Origin: a virus
Taxonomy: Duplodnaviria > Caudoviricetes
DNA length: 37,418 nt
Virus record (IMG/VR): IMGVR_UViG_3300031519_000079
Location: 1-37,418 of that record
Strand: one strand, 5' to 3'
Below, piece by piece: positions 16,401 through 29,000 of the stretch. The translations under genes and the position numbers were made by a program. Each line of letters begins with the position of its first letter. Positions within the stretch are counted from its first letter, which is position 1. The notes below the pieces were generated by a model that saw only the letters and a list, made by a program, of their open reading frames with translations, ran no database searches and had not been told where the DNA came from.

Positions 16401-18494
16401 TATAATCTGTGCAGTTCCAAGATCAACATTGTCAATGTTAGTTGCACCTAGTTCTGTATATAATGTGTTGTTATCTACATTAATTAAATCACCACTCACA
16501 ACCTCCAAATCAGTGATTTGTTGTACATTGGCAGGCGGAGCACCATCAAACAGATTAGAGACTGTCTGAATGCCTGCTAGGGTCATTTCAGACCCTGTAT
16601 TGTTAATACTATGAACTCTAAGTAGAACTGGATCCGAAATAGTCCTGTCAGTTGAGATGAACTTGACGAGATCGTTTGTAGTAACAATACCAACAAACGT
16701 ACCTCTTCCCGCAGTAATCGTACTAAAACCGGCAGGAGTAGCAGCTGGATTGCTACCACCTCTACCTGTAATAGTGAACGGAGTTCCAAACTTTCTCTTC
16801 GTTGAAAGTTTTAAATCGGCATTGAATGTTTGAATTCCTACTGATGTTCCTTGATGTACTGATTTTACTTTTGAGATATCATAATTTGTAGTAATAGCAA
16901 CAGTGGTGGTGAAATCTACACCATCAATAGAAATCTTTTCTCCTTTGTGGAAGGTTCCCTTTACTTGTCTAAGACTAAAAGTAGAAATTCCAGAAGAATT
17001 ATCAACAACAAATCCAGATGCACCACTATTTTGTCCAGATAATAGAGCACCAGAACGTAAGGAAGTGAAAGGTTGAGTGATCTCCAATTTGGTATATGGA
17101 GAAATATCAAATAGTCTGAGAGTATATTCTGATTGCGGACCTTCAAAAACTTGTGATTCTAGATTGTAGTCATAAATTCTACACTCACCAATTGCTTGAC
17201 CGGCCGGTAAAGTGGATCCTACGCCAACTCTTGAATCTCTGAGAGTTGCTGCAATAGTAGTTCCGAAACCAACAACAGGTGAACCATGAACGTTGTTGAT
17301 TACAATTTTTGGACCAATTGAAATAGGTACAGCTTCTTGGAATATATTTCTAGTGCTTCTAGGTTTATCAACATCAATAACTGTATCGGTTTGTTTATCA
17401 ATTTCAAATCCACTCACATATGCTTTACCTGAGGAGAACACATACTCCATCAAAGCATCAGAAGGAGCATTTGCTTGATATGTTAATTCATCAGCGTTAT
17501 ATAATCCATCATTTCCAAGATAGTTGTTTAAAGTATTTTTAATTGACAGTTCAAATGGTTTAATATAATAATTACCAGACTCATCATGAGTTCTCCTAGC
17601 AAATTCTGCTTTAACGTAATTATATTCACTATTTTTGACAAAGGTTTCAATTTCTCCATTTTGAATCCTCATCAACTCAACAAAAGTTGGATCATCATTA
17701 TCGATGATTAACTTTGAAGACAATGTGGCTGAGATTTTTAATCTATCTGCACCAGGTGCTGAGTAGTTACTAAATCCCTGTGCATTATCATTAAGAGATG
17801 GATCTTCATCAGCATTGATAATTTCTTCAAAAACAGTCAAACCAACCTTCAAGGTTGGCATAGAAGCATACTGTTGTAGAAGAATTGTCTGGGGACTAAC
17901 AGTTACAAAATTCCCTCTTAAAAAATATACACCTTCTTGAATATTCGCAGCAGACCCAGTAACATTAGCTTCAACTGAAACAGCTCTGGCAAATCCTTGA
18001 TTAGCAGAAATTACAGTATTTCCATAGGAAATAGTTTCTAGGAGAACTAGATTCTCTCCTTCTGTAAAATTGCCATTTTCAAAATTTGTCCCAGACTTAA
18101 TAATTGTGAAATATAAAGTATCTAAACTTAGTTCGGAATCCGATGCACCTAAAACAAAATCAATTCTTGCTTCAATTCCAGATTCTTCACCTTTAAATTT
18201 CTTACCAACAAGTTGTTCTACATATAAACTAATCGGAATACCAGCAAAATCTGGATCTATGCATACACCAGTGAAGACATCTTGATAAGAAAGTTGTCCA
18301 GGAATTACTTTGGAACCTTCTTTAAAAAAGTGTGTTCCAAATTTTTCAATTTGATCTTGAAGAATAGACTGTAAACCAGTTAATTCCCTAGCCTGAACCG
18401 GAGTTCCTGGTTTAAAAAGAACTCTGTGAAAATTATTCGCAGCATCAAAATCATCATAATATGGAGTGATGTTTAGATTAGTTTCCTGGGGCAT
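10473..18494 (-). CDS. vrlC: VrlC-like / DUF4815 large virion structural protein (2673 aa)
   Basis: N-terminal PYYDDFD...NFHRVLFKPG.PVQARELT.LQS.LQ.Q, APGADR, ARRT.DESG.Y, RYTM.DIG.L..RI.NLEYYT.LSLLE, RFKSGFFVD.F and DPLAQSF motifs; located after gp8. Confidence 0.88.
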   Translation of the reverse strand: MPQETNLNITPYYDDFDAANNFHRVLFKPGTPVQARELTGLQSILQDQIEKFGTHFFKEGSKVIPGQLSYQDVFTGVCIDPDFAGIPISLYVEQLVGKKFKGEESGIEARIDFVLGASDSELSLDTLYFTIIKSGTNFENGNFTEGENLVLLETISYGNTVISANQGFARAVSVEANVTGSAANIQEGVYFLRGNFVTVSPQTILLQQYASMPTLKVGLTVFEEIINADEDPSLNDNAQGFSNYSAPGADRLKISATLSSKLIIDNDDPTFVELMRIQNGEIETFVKNSEYNYVKAEFARRTHDESGNYYIKPFELSIKNTLNNYLGNDGLYNADELTYQANAPSDALMEYVFSSGKAYVSGFEIDKQTDTVIDVDKPRSTRNIFQEAVPISIGPKIVINNVHGSPVVGFGTTIAATLRDSRVGVGSTLPAGQAIGECRIYDYNLESQVFEGPQSEYTLRLFDISPYTKLEITQPFTSLRSGALLSGQNSGASGFVVDNSSGISTFSLRQVKGTFHKGEKISIDGVDFTTTVAITTNYDISKVKSVHQGTSVGIQTFNADLKLSTKRKFGTPFTITGRGGSNPAATPAGFSTITAGRGTFVGIVTTNDLVKFISTDRTISDPVLLRVHSINNTGSEMTLAGIQTVSNLFDGAPPANVQQITDLEVVSGDLINVDNNTLYTELGATNIDNVDLGTAQIIIKKVFTNVSSASSTLTLPTAADNQFYLPFDEERYHVAYRDGTIQPLTEDMVVPSTNSKTVTISGLAREAETNIRVAATLNKNKVIQKQKLLNNVSSVLVTRSSDTASGIGSTTLNDGLTYSNVYGTRVQDKEISLNKPDVLRVLGIFESDDQNDPNLPTATLTSISGPNQTTSDFIVGEKIIGEETKAVARLVSTISGTVVELVYLNEKTFTFDERIIGQLSSVAATVTSLGQADKNVTEDYLVDNGQRNSFYDYGRIVRRKNRESAERKLRIIFQNFVVGAEDSGDVFTSESYENELYSNDIPSFNGIRNTDIIDIRPRVGDYSSTSTLSPFDFASRNFTQSGQSTSNILVSDENIVLNYEYYLGRIDRVFLDSAGNFNVVNGVPSENPELPAALTESLEVATISLPPYLFSLDSASIQRLDHKRYTMKDIGDLDNRITNLEYYTALSLLEKETEALTIQDAKGLDRFKSGFFVDNFKTHQIQDQSNEDFSCSIDTYNGELRPSHYTTSIDLVLATAAITGIGVSSPNTLDQRFNNQLTDPNIRKTGDLVTLNYADLVVMQNIFASRVESVNPFLVTNWTGTLHLYPSSDIWVDQKVIKTYEFDTTGPDFVASTQTIGIDEAKGFAEIEWGSWVDTVIGRETRTSDDTVVSSTTKQLNVTDDIKTTTTKVVRTVADVQLLSKTRDGVSIRKSPHTRKQIVGSRVLNRSNIIYMRSRNIEFTGTKLRPRTQVYPILDNKNMVDYMAPKLMEVSMTSGTFTSGETVIGSMVQSLTQINPLPNEATGTFKFRVATANHKSGPYDDPSNTFTLNPYNNDETLPDDYSSVSSILNVDTTSLAAQTSGDFFGYPRRGMVLKGLTSGAQATVSDIRLITDEVGGVIGCIYIPDPSKASNPQFIAGTKIVKLTSIPQTTFISSLNQTSAETTFQASGLLEFTEESVASVRSTALHKSVFQENTTAENILGSTSDVLSEKSADTILRNVRQNPAANCDARYVAYTTAVNNGYSSYTAYARAVGDYEKGLIYNTAVLLTRPGAPTSCGGSGGRTSRTNNTRRSGRSRTRSRSGGRTWHFDGNGRLISTARLNSGRRASYTSNRNSGRSGRSYASRSGRSGGGGGRSGGGGGGRSYNFDNRGNLIATANLGNTRTASTKRCSSGRDPLAQSFFVNSAEGMFVTAIECYFQTKDETLPVTMQVRTMRDGTPTTTIVPFGELDLLPSQVNISDDASVATKFTFPSPVYLKGGQEYAFVLLADTPQYGAWISRMGEVDITNSLTSEDAARPVISQQPLLGSLFKSQNGSTWDASQFEDIKFTMFRAQFTTGESGNVSFYNPDMGVANGGITKLGPNPVQTISRRSTVGLGSTLTASMEVVIIPGVNISQVNNPTATGVVINTLGAIGIGASVDIINAGIGYTPSAGFATYTANLNTLSGSGSGAVARVTVNAGAITSCFVTNGGIGYGVGDELGITTLGSTTLGRNARFSVGIISAINSIVLDGVQGEFVTGIAGTMTYIVQGTGAVGVLTGKYASSVTQDSNFDGLHLNVRHRNHAMNSGTNTVSINNVKSDMRPTSLSADINATSSGNIGLADTSKFDTFENVGVGTTNPGYALIGNELISYTGLNGSILTGITRNIDSKGTFAHNAGDLISKYELNGVSLRRINRDHVLGDATTTRPRSLDSYAVKIDMSANGIDRSANTSFPKLGFNSTKKVGGDTVSGGNNIQFETITPNVQTLVLPGTTLNASIRTVTGTSIDGNEISFLDQGYESITIGSPNNLESPRILASTTNENTLLSDLPGNKSVTLDMEFSSTNSFLSPAVDLDRVNLILTSNRLNNAVTDFATDKRVNVTGEDPNAAIYITKKIDLANPANSIKVLLEGYRDQTAEIRVLYKIFTDDSDIDSTPYNLFPGYENIDDLGNVIDVANNNGRSNVFVPPSARRTEFKDYEFFIDNLPEFVGFQLKIVLSGTNQAKPPIVKNLRAIAVR

Positions 18495-18498
18495 TTTC

Positions 18499-20046
18499 TT
18501 AGAATTCTAAAACGATTTTAATATCTTCTTTTTGGTTTGACGATCTCAATACAGATGGTCTGTTATCAACATAGATTATCTGTCCACTCTGAGGATTAAC
18601 CTCAGGATTTGCAGTTCCTTTGTCAAACGTCTGGCCTAGGAAGTAGGTTCTATTATTTAGAACGGTAGAGATACCCGAGAAAGATGTGTCGATAGCAACA
18701 GTGGCATTGCCACCATTAACATTGAAAGAACCACCATTTGTAAGTTGATTCTGGAATCTCAATAATTTGTACCCATAGAGGGGATTGGCACCAGCAGTAG
18801 ATGATGTTGCCACTTGACTATCCTGCCAATATTTTAAAACACCAGTGTTGTTATCGAAAGAAACAACTCTACCGATTGCAGTTGACCCAACGCCAATAGT
18901 TTGTGTAATGACATCATCTGCAACGAATGAAACCTGATTCAATTGTCCAGCAGTAACTTTTAATGCATAAACAGCACTTGCCTTTTCTGATGAAACTTTA
19001 CTACTCGATTGATATACAAGAGGATCTTTTACAACGCCAATTCTAGCAAATTCGTTACCAGTAATAAAATCAGGGTTAGTAGCATCATTTTCAAGTCTTG
19101 AATAGATCATGACTTTACGAGAACCAAGTTCATTGTAAATATCAGCACCATGTCCACCATCGGGTGGAATAACTACACTGGTAACTGCATCAACACTAGA
19201 TGCGGTATTGACAATACCTGCACTATCTAAGTCAAGAGTTGCGAATGAATATCCTGATCCACCATTAGAAACATCAACCGATTGAATCTTACCATCAGAA
19301 TTAACAGTTACACTTGCTTTTGCACCTTCACCATCACCAAAGATATCTACGTTATTATAAGTTAATGCAGTTCCATAACCAGCACCCCTACTAGAAATTG
19401 TTACAATTTTAATTTGACCACTAGTAGAGGAATTGTCTTTAACTGATATGTTATTAGGATTTGTGCTCCAATCATTTGGAACAGGAATAAAATTAGAAGA
19501 ATCAAATCTGAGAATGTCTGATGGAGTTAATGTATAGAGATACTTCCAAACATAGTCATCCCCACTACTACCAGCAGATCTTGGTTCTAAATCTGTAAAA
19601 AGTGGTTCATCAAGAGATGGTTTTCCAGTTGGGTTTTCCGGAGAAATACCATTATGCAAACAAATATAAACTCTGTAATCTTTATTGATTACATAATATT
19701 TTGAATTATAGAGAGTCGTTGATTTTGAAACCGGGGCAAGATTATTTCTACTATAATCATGCCTATACATATCATACTTTTCACCAGTTGCCCATGTATA
19801 TTTTTCTACAACTCTTTTCACATCAGAAGAATTAATCTTCTTCATAGCTAACATTGTATCCCAATAACGATTCTCTTCATTAATAGAATCTATTGGTGAT
19901 GGAGGACTAGTATTCCAATTAGCGTCAAGATTGACAGCATTTGGCAAACCAACCCATGTGTAGTAGGAACTACCAGTAGATGATATCCCAGAAAGGAAAT
20001 TACCCGCACTGAGGACACGAAACTGTTCAGTTATAATCGCAGCCAT
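18499..20046 (-). CDS. gp8: Baseplate wedge subunit
   Basis: AIIT.QFR, W..G..YDMYRHDY, VY.CL.NG, D.YVWKYLYT, PP.GGHG and G.IIYVDNR...R...QKEDIKIVLEF motifs. Confidence 0.92.
   Translation of the reverse strand: MAAIITEQFRVLSAGNFLSGISSTGSSYYTWVGLPNAVNLDANWNTSPPSPIDSINEENRYWDTMLAMKKINSSDVKRVVEKYTWATGEKYDMYRHDYSRNNLAPVSKSTTLYNSKYYVINKDYRVYICLHNGISPENPTGKPSLDEPLFTDLEPRSAGSSGDDYVWKYLYTLTPSDILRFDSSNFIPVPNDWSTNPNNISVKDNSSTSGQIKIVTISSRGAGYGTALTYNNVDIFGDGEGAKASVTVNSDGKIQSVDVSNGGSGYSFATLDLDSAGIVNTASSVDAVTSVVIPPDGGHGADIYNELGSRKVMIYSRLENDATNPDFITGNEFARIGVVKDPLVYQSSSKVSSEKASAVYALKVTAGQLNQVSFVADDVITQTIGVGSTAIGRVVSFDNNTGVLKYWQDSQVATSSTAGANPLYGYKLLRFQNQLTNGGSFNVNGGNATVAIDTSFSGISTVLNNRTYFLGQTFDKGTANPEVNPQSGQIIYVDNRPSVLRSSNQKEDIKIVLEF
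18654..18661 (-). promoter_or_regulatory. Possible internal late promoter for the VrlC-like gene
   Basis: TCTAAATA inside the 3' end of gp8, about 160 nt upstream of the ATG at 18494, which has no intergenic promoter of its own. Could be a chance match. Confidence 0.4.
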
Positions 20047-20062
20047 TTTAACTTTTTCTAGT

Positions 20063-20070
20063 TATTTATG
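20063..20070 (-). promoter_or_regulatory. T4-type late promoter
   Basis: CATAAATA overlapping the gp7 stop, about 16 nt upstream of the gp8 ATG. Confidence 0.7.
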
Positions 20071-23000
20071 TTAGATAACCAACTGATTTTAAGGGTTGAC
20101 TCCTTAAAACCAAAGGTCCGGTTGATATTCCGGTAAATCCATTATTTAGTGCAGGTGTAAATGTTTTTGCAATACCAGATCTATTGAAGGTTTTAAGTTG
20201 ACCCCAACTATATCTACCAAAGAATTGACTGTAACCAATTCCCGTTATACCGTTGTGACTGTCAATATTTACTGTAACCTTAACAACGTAAGTTGTTCCG
20301 ATTCCAACTGCTTCTGTTGTTGCAACAGAAACAGACGCTGCTTCATACACATTGTCTAAACAAGTTGTTCCAATCCCGAGAACAGAACCACCAAGATCAA
20401 GTGACGTGACTCCTTGACCAATATTAGAATCAAACACAACAAATGGGTATCCACTTGCAATATTCGAAATTGTTCTTGCAGCACCAGGACCCATGAATGC
20501 GGTGCTTCTTAAATTCGAATCTAATGGGATGAGAAGATCAAATACAAGTTTTGTAGCCGATGCCGAAGAGACTCCACTAATAACTCCATAATCACCCGCG
20601 TAATTTACGTTCTTAATTTCTTCTACTTCAAAGTTTGGAGGAGTAAGTAGAATGACAGGTGGATTGCTGAATGTATATCCAGCACCAGCGTTACTTACAT
20701 TGATTGAAGTAACTGCTGTTCCAGTTATGGATGCAATAGCAGTAGCTCTTGTAGCAGAACCAAAACCAACACTATTAGCAATAGAAACTAGTGGTGTTGC
20801 CGTATATCCAAGTCCAGTGTTCGTGACACTGATAGAAGAGACAGTACCAAAACCAGAGATAATAGCAGTAGCAGATGCTCCAACTTTAATATCTTGATCC
20901 ATAACTTGTACTGTTTGCAAGTTACTTCTCAAAGATTCTGGATAACTATCAAATGCGCCAATACCATCTACCCAAATTTCTGTCGATCCAATCCCAACTG
21001 GTTTAATTATATGTGTTTCTGGGAAGATTCTTGCCGTATAGAGATCTCTATTTTTTGTTACTGGTTTTCCGTTTAGGAATACGTCTTCCTGTTGTTTGCA
21101 CCATACCATTGGTCTCTGAATTGTTCTATCAGTTGTCAAACCAGGTCCTTGATATGGAGATGTGGCGAAGGTGTCAGCAGTTGTGATACCAGATACAAAT
21201 CTAGTATCTTGATCAAACACAAAGGAATTTTGATTATCACCTGCATTGATTCTAATCGTATCACCCGTTTTAATCGTTTCAATAATATCTCTACTGATAA
21301 CATCAACGCTACCAGTTCCACGATAGAACAAAATTGAGCATGTATCACCAACTTTTGGTGCTTCTGAAAATATAATATTTGAACCACCATTAAATTCATA
21401 TGCAACTCCCGGTTCTTGTAATGTATTATTCAAAAATACAATGATAGTTTGTTCAACATCAATTAAAGATCCTTTCTTTGCTCTAATAGAAGTTGGTACG
21501 CCTTCCTTTCTCATGACAAAGACCTTAGTAGATCCATCAAAGAACGAATCTAATTTATCAAACACATCTAAATCACCAAATCTCCATCCTGTAAATTTGT
21601 CAGAATTGACTCTGTTAACATTAATTTTAAAATCAATAAATCCAGCACCAACCGTAGAGTTAGTAGGAATTCCCGTAACTCCACCTTTTGGAACTGTTAA
21701 AATTTCTCCAACTTTGAATCCATATCCACTATTAATAATATTAAAATTGGCCACCTTAGAATTTTGTGATACCTGAATATCAACATAAGCATTTGTTCCA
21801 ATGTTAGACCCAGTAGAATCTGGATGATAAATTAACGGAACACGTGTATATGGAATTGGGTTGTCAAATACGACGATTGGGGGATTACTAAATGTGTATC
21901 CGACACCGGGATTTGTAATGTTAACACTAGTAATATTGCCATTTGATACAATTGCAGTACCAATAGCTGTTACTTCAACAGTGTCAATATCACTAGTTCT
22001 AAGACCAACACTATAAGACAATTCACGAACAACTCCATCAAGAGTTGAAATTCCTGATCTATATCCAGATCCACTGTTACCAATACTAATGGAGGTTACA
22101 GTTCCGAATCCAGAGATATTGGCGGTTCCGCCAGCAGCAACTAACGGTTGATAACCAAATCCCTGAGTAGATCCAACTGAAACAATAACGCCACCAACAG
22201 GAATACTACCTGTGTTTACATCGTTGGTAACAGATGCCGCAAATCCACTGAATACAACAGATGTGATACCAGCATTCTCAGTAAATTCAAAATCATTAAT
22301 TCTAGAACCCTGAGATGGAATTTGTGCAATATCGTTAATCAGAACTAAACCGTGAGTGGTGCTAAATCCTCCAATATTAATTCCATCTTGTTTGAGGGTG
22401 AAAGTTTTACCAACACCAGTCAATTCTGTTGATATGGAATCAAATAGGTAATTAGTTGCATAAGTGTGTGTAGAAGTTCCAACTAAACCATTTCTTAGGA
22501 AAGTTCTTCCTTGGAATACTGATGAAGTTTGAATACCTGTCCAATCTAATTGATTTGGATCCGTTGGATCTTCTTGTGGTTTTGTTCCAGTTGGAGCAGT
22601 GTAGAAATTAATTGTATTGTCTACAATATTGTAAGAACCTTCATATTTTTCAACCACAGATCCAGTAGAATGAGTTGAGAGACCTGATCCCATCCAAGAT
22701 CTTTGAACAACAAGAAGATTGGTGCTACCAAAACCAACTTGTTTTACCGTCATAAATTCTTTATCTACTTTGAGTAAATCGCCGCCAAAGAATGATGTAA
22801 TTCCAGAGAGTCTCATCAACTCTCCACCAAAAGACATGTCTTCAACAAGATTATGAGTAATATTCAGTGGAATAACTGGATCCTGAATGTTATTATCAAG
22901 TGCAATGATACATTTTGTATTTTGATCTTGTGAAGTAAATGTATGAGATGTTCCAATACCAACGGTAGTTAATGTCAAATAATTACCTACATTAGATGCA

Positions 23001-26000
23001 AGAGCGTCCTCAGAAGATCCAGCGATCCGAATAGATTTGTCATCAACTTTAATTGCATAGAAATATTCTGGAAGTTTATCAGTAGAACCGTATCCAGAAA
23101 TTGTTGTAGTCCCAATTCCAATTGAAGACGTTGTTCCAGATCCAATTGGATTATAAGAAAGTCTTTCACCAGATGTGAAGAAGTGGTTAGGAATAATAAT
23201 CAAATCATTATCTGTATCAACAATCAATGGATCGGTTGAATCAAAAGATCTTTCAAAAATTGCATCACCACCATGGAAAAGACCAAATGCTCTTCTGACA
23301 TCTGCCTGAGTATTTGTATAAGTTCCATCAAACGTATCAATCTTAGTATCTTGAAGATCAAGATAAAGAATCTCTTCTACTCCACCCTTAGTGTGTGCGG
23401 CAGATGTCACAAGAGTTTTAACTCTGACATTTGTTAATGGAGGAGCCACGTAAGTAACGTTATATTTTGATCCATCAACGTTTGAACTAATAGTGCCAAT
23501 TCCTTGATGATAGTTATCACTGTCAGTTTCAATATTACCAAATAATGTTTCAAAAGTCTCTCCATTACTATCTACCATGAAGATTCCTTCAAGAAGTTCA
23601 AACTTATCGTTAGTTACATCATGAATGTGGAAAAGAACATGTGCTCCATCTTCATCAACTGTTGTATTATTGCCAAAGTTTGCAATAGTAGTAATACCAG
23701 GGGATGATGCTGATGGAACATCAGTATATTGTGCTCTTAAATCACCAGTCGTTAATTGAATCGTTGCGATTCCGATTGTTGATGCCCCGCCAACAAAGCA
23801 TTGTCCAAAAATGTTAAATGTAATGCCAGTCCCAACAACATCAGATGAAGGAGTGCAATTGATGTAGAATATGTTGCTATCTACTCTTGCGCTAAAAGTA
23901 CCAATACCATCAACAGTTGCCGTAGTTGAAGATCGATCAAGATTACTCATGTTACCAAATTCTACAAAGTAACTTTCACTATTATTGTGAAGTGCATTTA
24001 AGTTGAGAACCTCATGCTTTTCACCAGCAGACATTTGGAACATAAACTTATGTCCCGCATCCATTGATGTTAAATCAATAGAGTAAATATCAACTGCTGT
24101 TGTAACACCTGGATTAATTTTACTTCCTCTCGCAGCAAGTTGAATAATATCACCAACAGTGGTAATACCAACGATGGTAGAAATACCAACTGCACTGTGA
24201 ATATCTCTATCAACATTGTAAACTAGTCCGTGAATGTCATAGTCATTGGTGTCATATTTTTCTGGATAGAATAAAAGTTGACCCTCACTTCCCAATGCAC
24301 GGAAATCAAAGTATCCATTCAAATCTTCTAATCCATTTACTATGGCATACTCCTGAATGTATGCATTTCCACCATCATCAATCAGAAGCTCAATTATCTG
24401 CATTCTTCTTTCATCGAGAAATTGAGTATCCTCAGTCATCGCAAAATATTTTCTATAACGAGTTCCTGCCAGTGGGAACGTGTCAATAATATCAAATCTT
24501 GTAGCTCTCGGAGTATTATTAAATTGATCAGCAAAACTGTCAATACTTAATACCCTATTTCCAACAGATTCTTCAAAATCAGCAATAGGAATATTTCTCG
24601 TTAAAACTTCATCGGATAAAAACTCACCAGAAATAAACTTGGATGTTTCAGAAACAAAATCAAAGTCATATCTGCAATAGGTTTCTAATTGAGAGAATAA
24701 ATCTACAAATAATTCAAGTTCATTAGAAGATACAGATGCTTTATTAAAATTGTCATCCTGAGATTCAATTTGCAAATCAGCGAATTTCTTAAATCCACCG
24801 GTGTGATTCATGGAAGAAACAATATCATTCCAAGTATCATATGCAATTTTTGATTTCAGAGAGTATGAGAAATATTGATAGTAATCACTATCAATTATTC
24901 TTTGATCGTTCAAACTTGGTTTACCAGTATTTTTTTGCCATCCCAAACGAATTTCTTCAACACTAGTAATATCATAGAACGAATCTACATCAATCTTCTC
25001 AGATACTTTACCTATGGTTCCAGAACCAAGACCTTTTACAATATCATCAACAAGAATTTCTTTTGAAGAATTGACTTTTAGAATTTTATTCGAATTGTCC
25101 CAAGACGATACTTTTCCATTTTTTGAATCTAAGGTGTTGGTTATAACAACATCTTCGTTGATAGAGAAGTTGTTCTTTTTAAGATCTGGGGCAAAAATCG
25201 GAAAATCTTCAAAAGGAATGATTCTTCCAGAAGATTTTGTGGTTACATATGTTCCTGGATTAGTTACGGTAGAATCTAATTGATAAGTTACAGATCCAAT
25301 ACCACCAATGTTTTCATCAATACTAGTAACTTCAAAGAACTTGAAGTTGTAATCTGGTGAATTATAACCAGTTCCTTCTGATGAAATGCCAATACCTTCA
25401 ATGAATACTTTACCACCAACTGAGAATGGGAAAGATTTATCTGTTGAGAATCCAGTATTTAATTGGATTGTAACTTCTCTGGTAACTGTATTATAACCAA
25501 CCGTATTAATTCCAACACCATTAGGATTGTTAACAGTGATAATATTAGGTGCAACGTCAGAAAGGTTCTTAGCGTTTTCTTTAATATTGACCTTAGAAAT
25601 TGAACCGTTTTTAACTTCTGCTTGAAGAATTACGTTTTCAATCTTTTTATTTGTAATTGCATCAATAACAACCAAACCTGGTTCAATGTTATATCCATTA
25701 CCACCAGAGGAAATTCCAACACTATCAAAAGAATTTAATTCTTCAATTCTAAGAATTTCTGGAACATTCGCAATTACTTTAAGGGTTGGATCTGATGGAT
25801 AGTTGAAACCAATGTTCCTTTTACGAGTTTTAACAATAGATCCCATATCACCATTGATTCTAATCAAACCACCGGACCCAGTAGTAGATCCTATGGATAC
25901 TATTCCTGGTAACTCTGTATAGTTTGAATTATTTGTCTTAATGTTAAGCGAATCAATTGCTCCTGTTGCATTAGATGATTTGTGAGTATAATAGAAAGAA

Positions 26001-29000
26001 CCATCAGTTGTTGAATTATAAGAAGATACTTCTGGTTTTGAATTTAAATTGAATTTAAATTCAGTTGTGGTAATACCAGTCGGATACTCATCAACTTGAT
26101 ACACACTATTAACAACATTAATAACATTAGCAAAATTTTGTTCAGTATCAATTAATATTTCAGTTTTTGCTGTTGGAGAAAGATCAGTATTAATTGGATT
26201 AAATTTATAATATAATATTTCTGGAATAGATGCACTCACTCTTAAATTTACAGCAGATGGATTCGTTACTCCGATAGTTCCGATTCCTTGAACTTCAAAA
26301 ACTTTTGTTTCTTTTGTGCTGATGAATCTATCTTTATACTCGGAATCTGTGTAGAGATTAAGATCGAAGGCAGGTAGATTCGTTCCAGAAACACTAAGTG
26401 ATAGTGAAGAATCTGTTGTGGCAAACGATACAAGATTGCCACGTGTAGCATTAACTTTGGGGTTAATTGAAGATACAAAGTGCTCACCTGAACCAGTGCT
26501 ACCTAATGAAACTGGTGTGGGGTTTGGTCCTACTGCATCAACTTTATTTTGTGCTAATTTTAAATTATTTGAGTCGATTGCAATGGCATAATACATACCC
26601 TGATCGGAAAGTCCGACAGGTGCATTTCCAGTAGTCGTATAGATTACTTTATCGCCACTATTCAAATTGTGATTTGGAACATTGATTGTATTTGTGAAAG
26701 AAGTGATACCAGCTGGTTCAAATTTCTTTCTATCAAACACTATTCTACGATTATAATCATTGTATTGGACAAATATATTTTTCGTTATGTTTGGTATAGA
26801 AACTAATCTAATATTGTCGTTGAACGTTAATCCATGTGCTTCTTTTGTCGTTAGGACAGCCTCATAGATATTGGCATTTCCGGTAATAGGATTAGTTTCT
26901 GCTTTGAAACTATGAGTTACTCCGACACCAGAAACTGTAAACGCTAATTGAATTGCAGTTGATCCAAGTCCAACAAAAGATCCAGTAGAACCTAATCCAA
27001 CTTTTGTGGTTGAAATTCCAAGTAAATTACTAGACTCTTTGATTGCATATACAGTGGATTGATCAGAAAGAACAAATGTGCCGATACCATCAGAAACTTC
27101 AATAGAAGTTCCGCCACCATTGGAATAAGTTAACGTATCACCAGTATTGAATGAGTGGTTGGGGATAAAAATAGTCTTGATAGGAATAATTCTACTTGTG
27201 TAAGCAGTTCCTGGTTGATAGTCAGTGTTCTCTTGTAAATGAGGAGGTGCAATATTATTATGTGTCTGATATGCAATTGTTGTTCCAACACCAACAGAAG
27301 CTGTTGTTCCAAGACCAACTACTTGTGATGGATCAAAATATCTCTGGAATGTTGGGGGATTGCTTGTAAATGTGGTAAACCCAACATCAAATGCAAACTT
27401 GTTACGAATATCAAGAGCAATTGTTCCAGAAGAATATGCATATCCAACTGTTCCATTATAATTTCTTTGAACTCTCATTACAGAGTTTAGTGGATCAACA
27501 TTAAGAACTTTTAATTGTTCAATATTTTCCGCAGACAGTCCGATACCGATAATGGAGTTTTCTCTAACGTAGAGGGGGTCATACGGTCCATTAAGGTGGA
27601 TGTTTGTGGTTAAACCAGTATTACTAGGAGAATCGAGGTATTCATTCAGAATCCAAATTCTTTGGGTGTTTGTGATGTTTTGAGTGCCATTCAGATTTGC
27701 ATAAGAATGTGTTGACAATCCGGAAATGATTGCACGATTTTTATTTTCAAAATTATGAGGTGCAGTGCAATATCCGATTGCTAATCCACCACCAACAAAT
27801 AATTCAAAGTTTTCAGCAGAAATAGTTGAAGAACCAATCGATACAATGTCTTTACCAACGATTCTACCAACACTTATTCTTGCACTTCTACCAAAAAGAG
27901 GTTGTTTTGATAGATTAATAGTATCACCACTTTTATAACTGCTTCCGGCAGAAACAATATTGTAATCGGTAATTTTACCCTTTCTGGTAGATTCAATGAT
28001 AGAATTTTGCCTAATATCTCTTGTACTATCATTCAGATATTCATTGAAACCATAAAAACTACTGGTTTTCGTTGGTTTAGTATTTCTGAACAAATCAACA
28101 TACTCAAAATCGATTTGATTACTCTTTCTGTTAAAATTAAATTCTGTCGGTACAGAATGGTATGAATCACCAAGCAAATATGGGAATAAAGGTTCCTTAT
28201 AGTTTTTAAATGGACCATCACTATTAGATTTGCCACTGTTTATTGTGGCAAAATATGCATAGATTCCATTAGGAAAATCGGGAGTCTTACCAAATCTTCC
28301 ATTACACTCATCTAAGTTTCCACTGTTTTGGAAAGTATAGTCTTCGACAAAAAATCCAACCGGGAATGTATTTGGTCTATCATCACTAGGATTAAGTTCA
28401 AATCCAGGTTTGAGTGCTATAATAGGTCCACCATCAATATTGCTATAACCATATGGACCATAGATTGGATGTCCATCGTTTGCCCATCCAATAATTGGAG
28501 AGTGGTTCACAGATGGAGATTCAAGTCCATTACTTTTAATTAAATCAAACGTGTTTGCACCAAACGCATCAGTTCCATCTTCATTCTTTGCATAAGTGAT
28601 TTCTCTCAATGCTCTGGGAACAGTCAATGAGACATAAGTTCCTTTTGAGTATTCATTACTGCTATCGGAAATTAGAGAATCATCTACACTTAACAGATTT
28701 TTTTTCTTCTCAAATTGATTAACATTCCAAGATTTAATTGATGTTCCTGCTTTGGCACCTGTTCCATTTGGAATAACACTAACAAAAGTTGTGTTAGTGC
28801 TAAAACCAGATCCACCAGCATTAATTTTAACGGAGGTGATTCTTCCTCCTGTCAAAATTGGGGTCAATTTAGCATTTCTTCCTAAACCAGATACAATCAA
28901 TTGGGGGGAAGAAGTATACCCCTTTCCTTCATTGAGTACAAAAACCTCTTTAATTGTTGATCCCTCAATCACTGGTTTTAGTTGAGCTCCACTACCAGTC

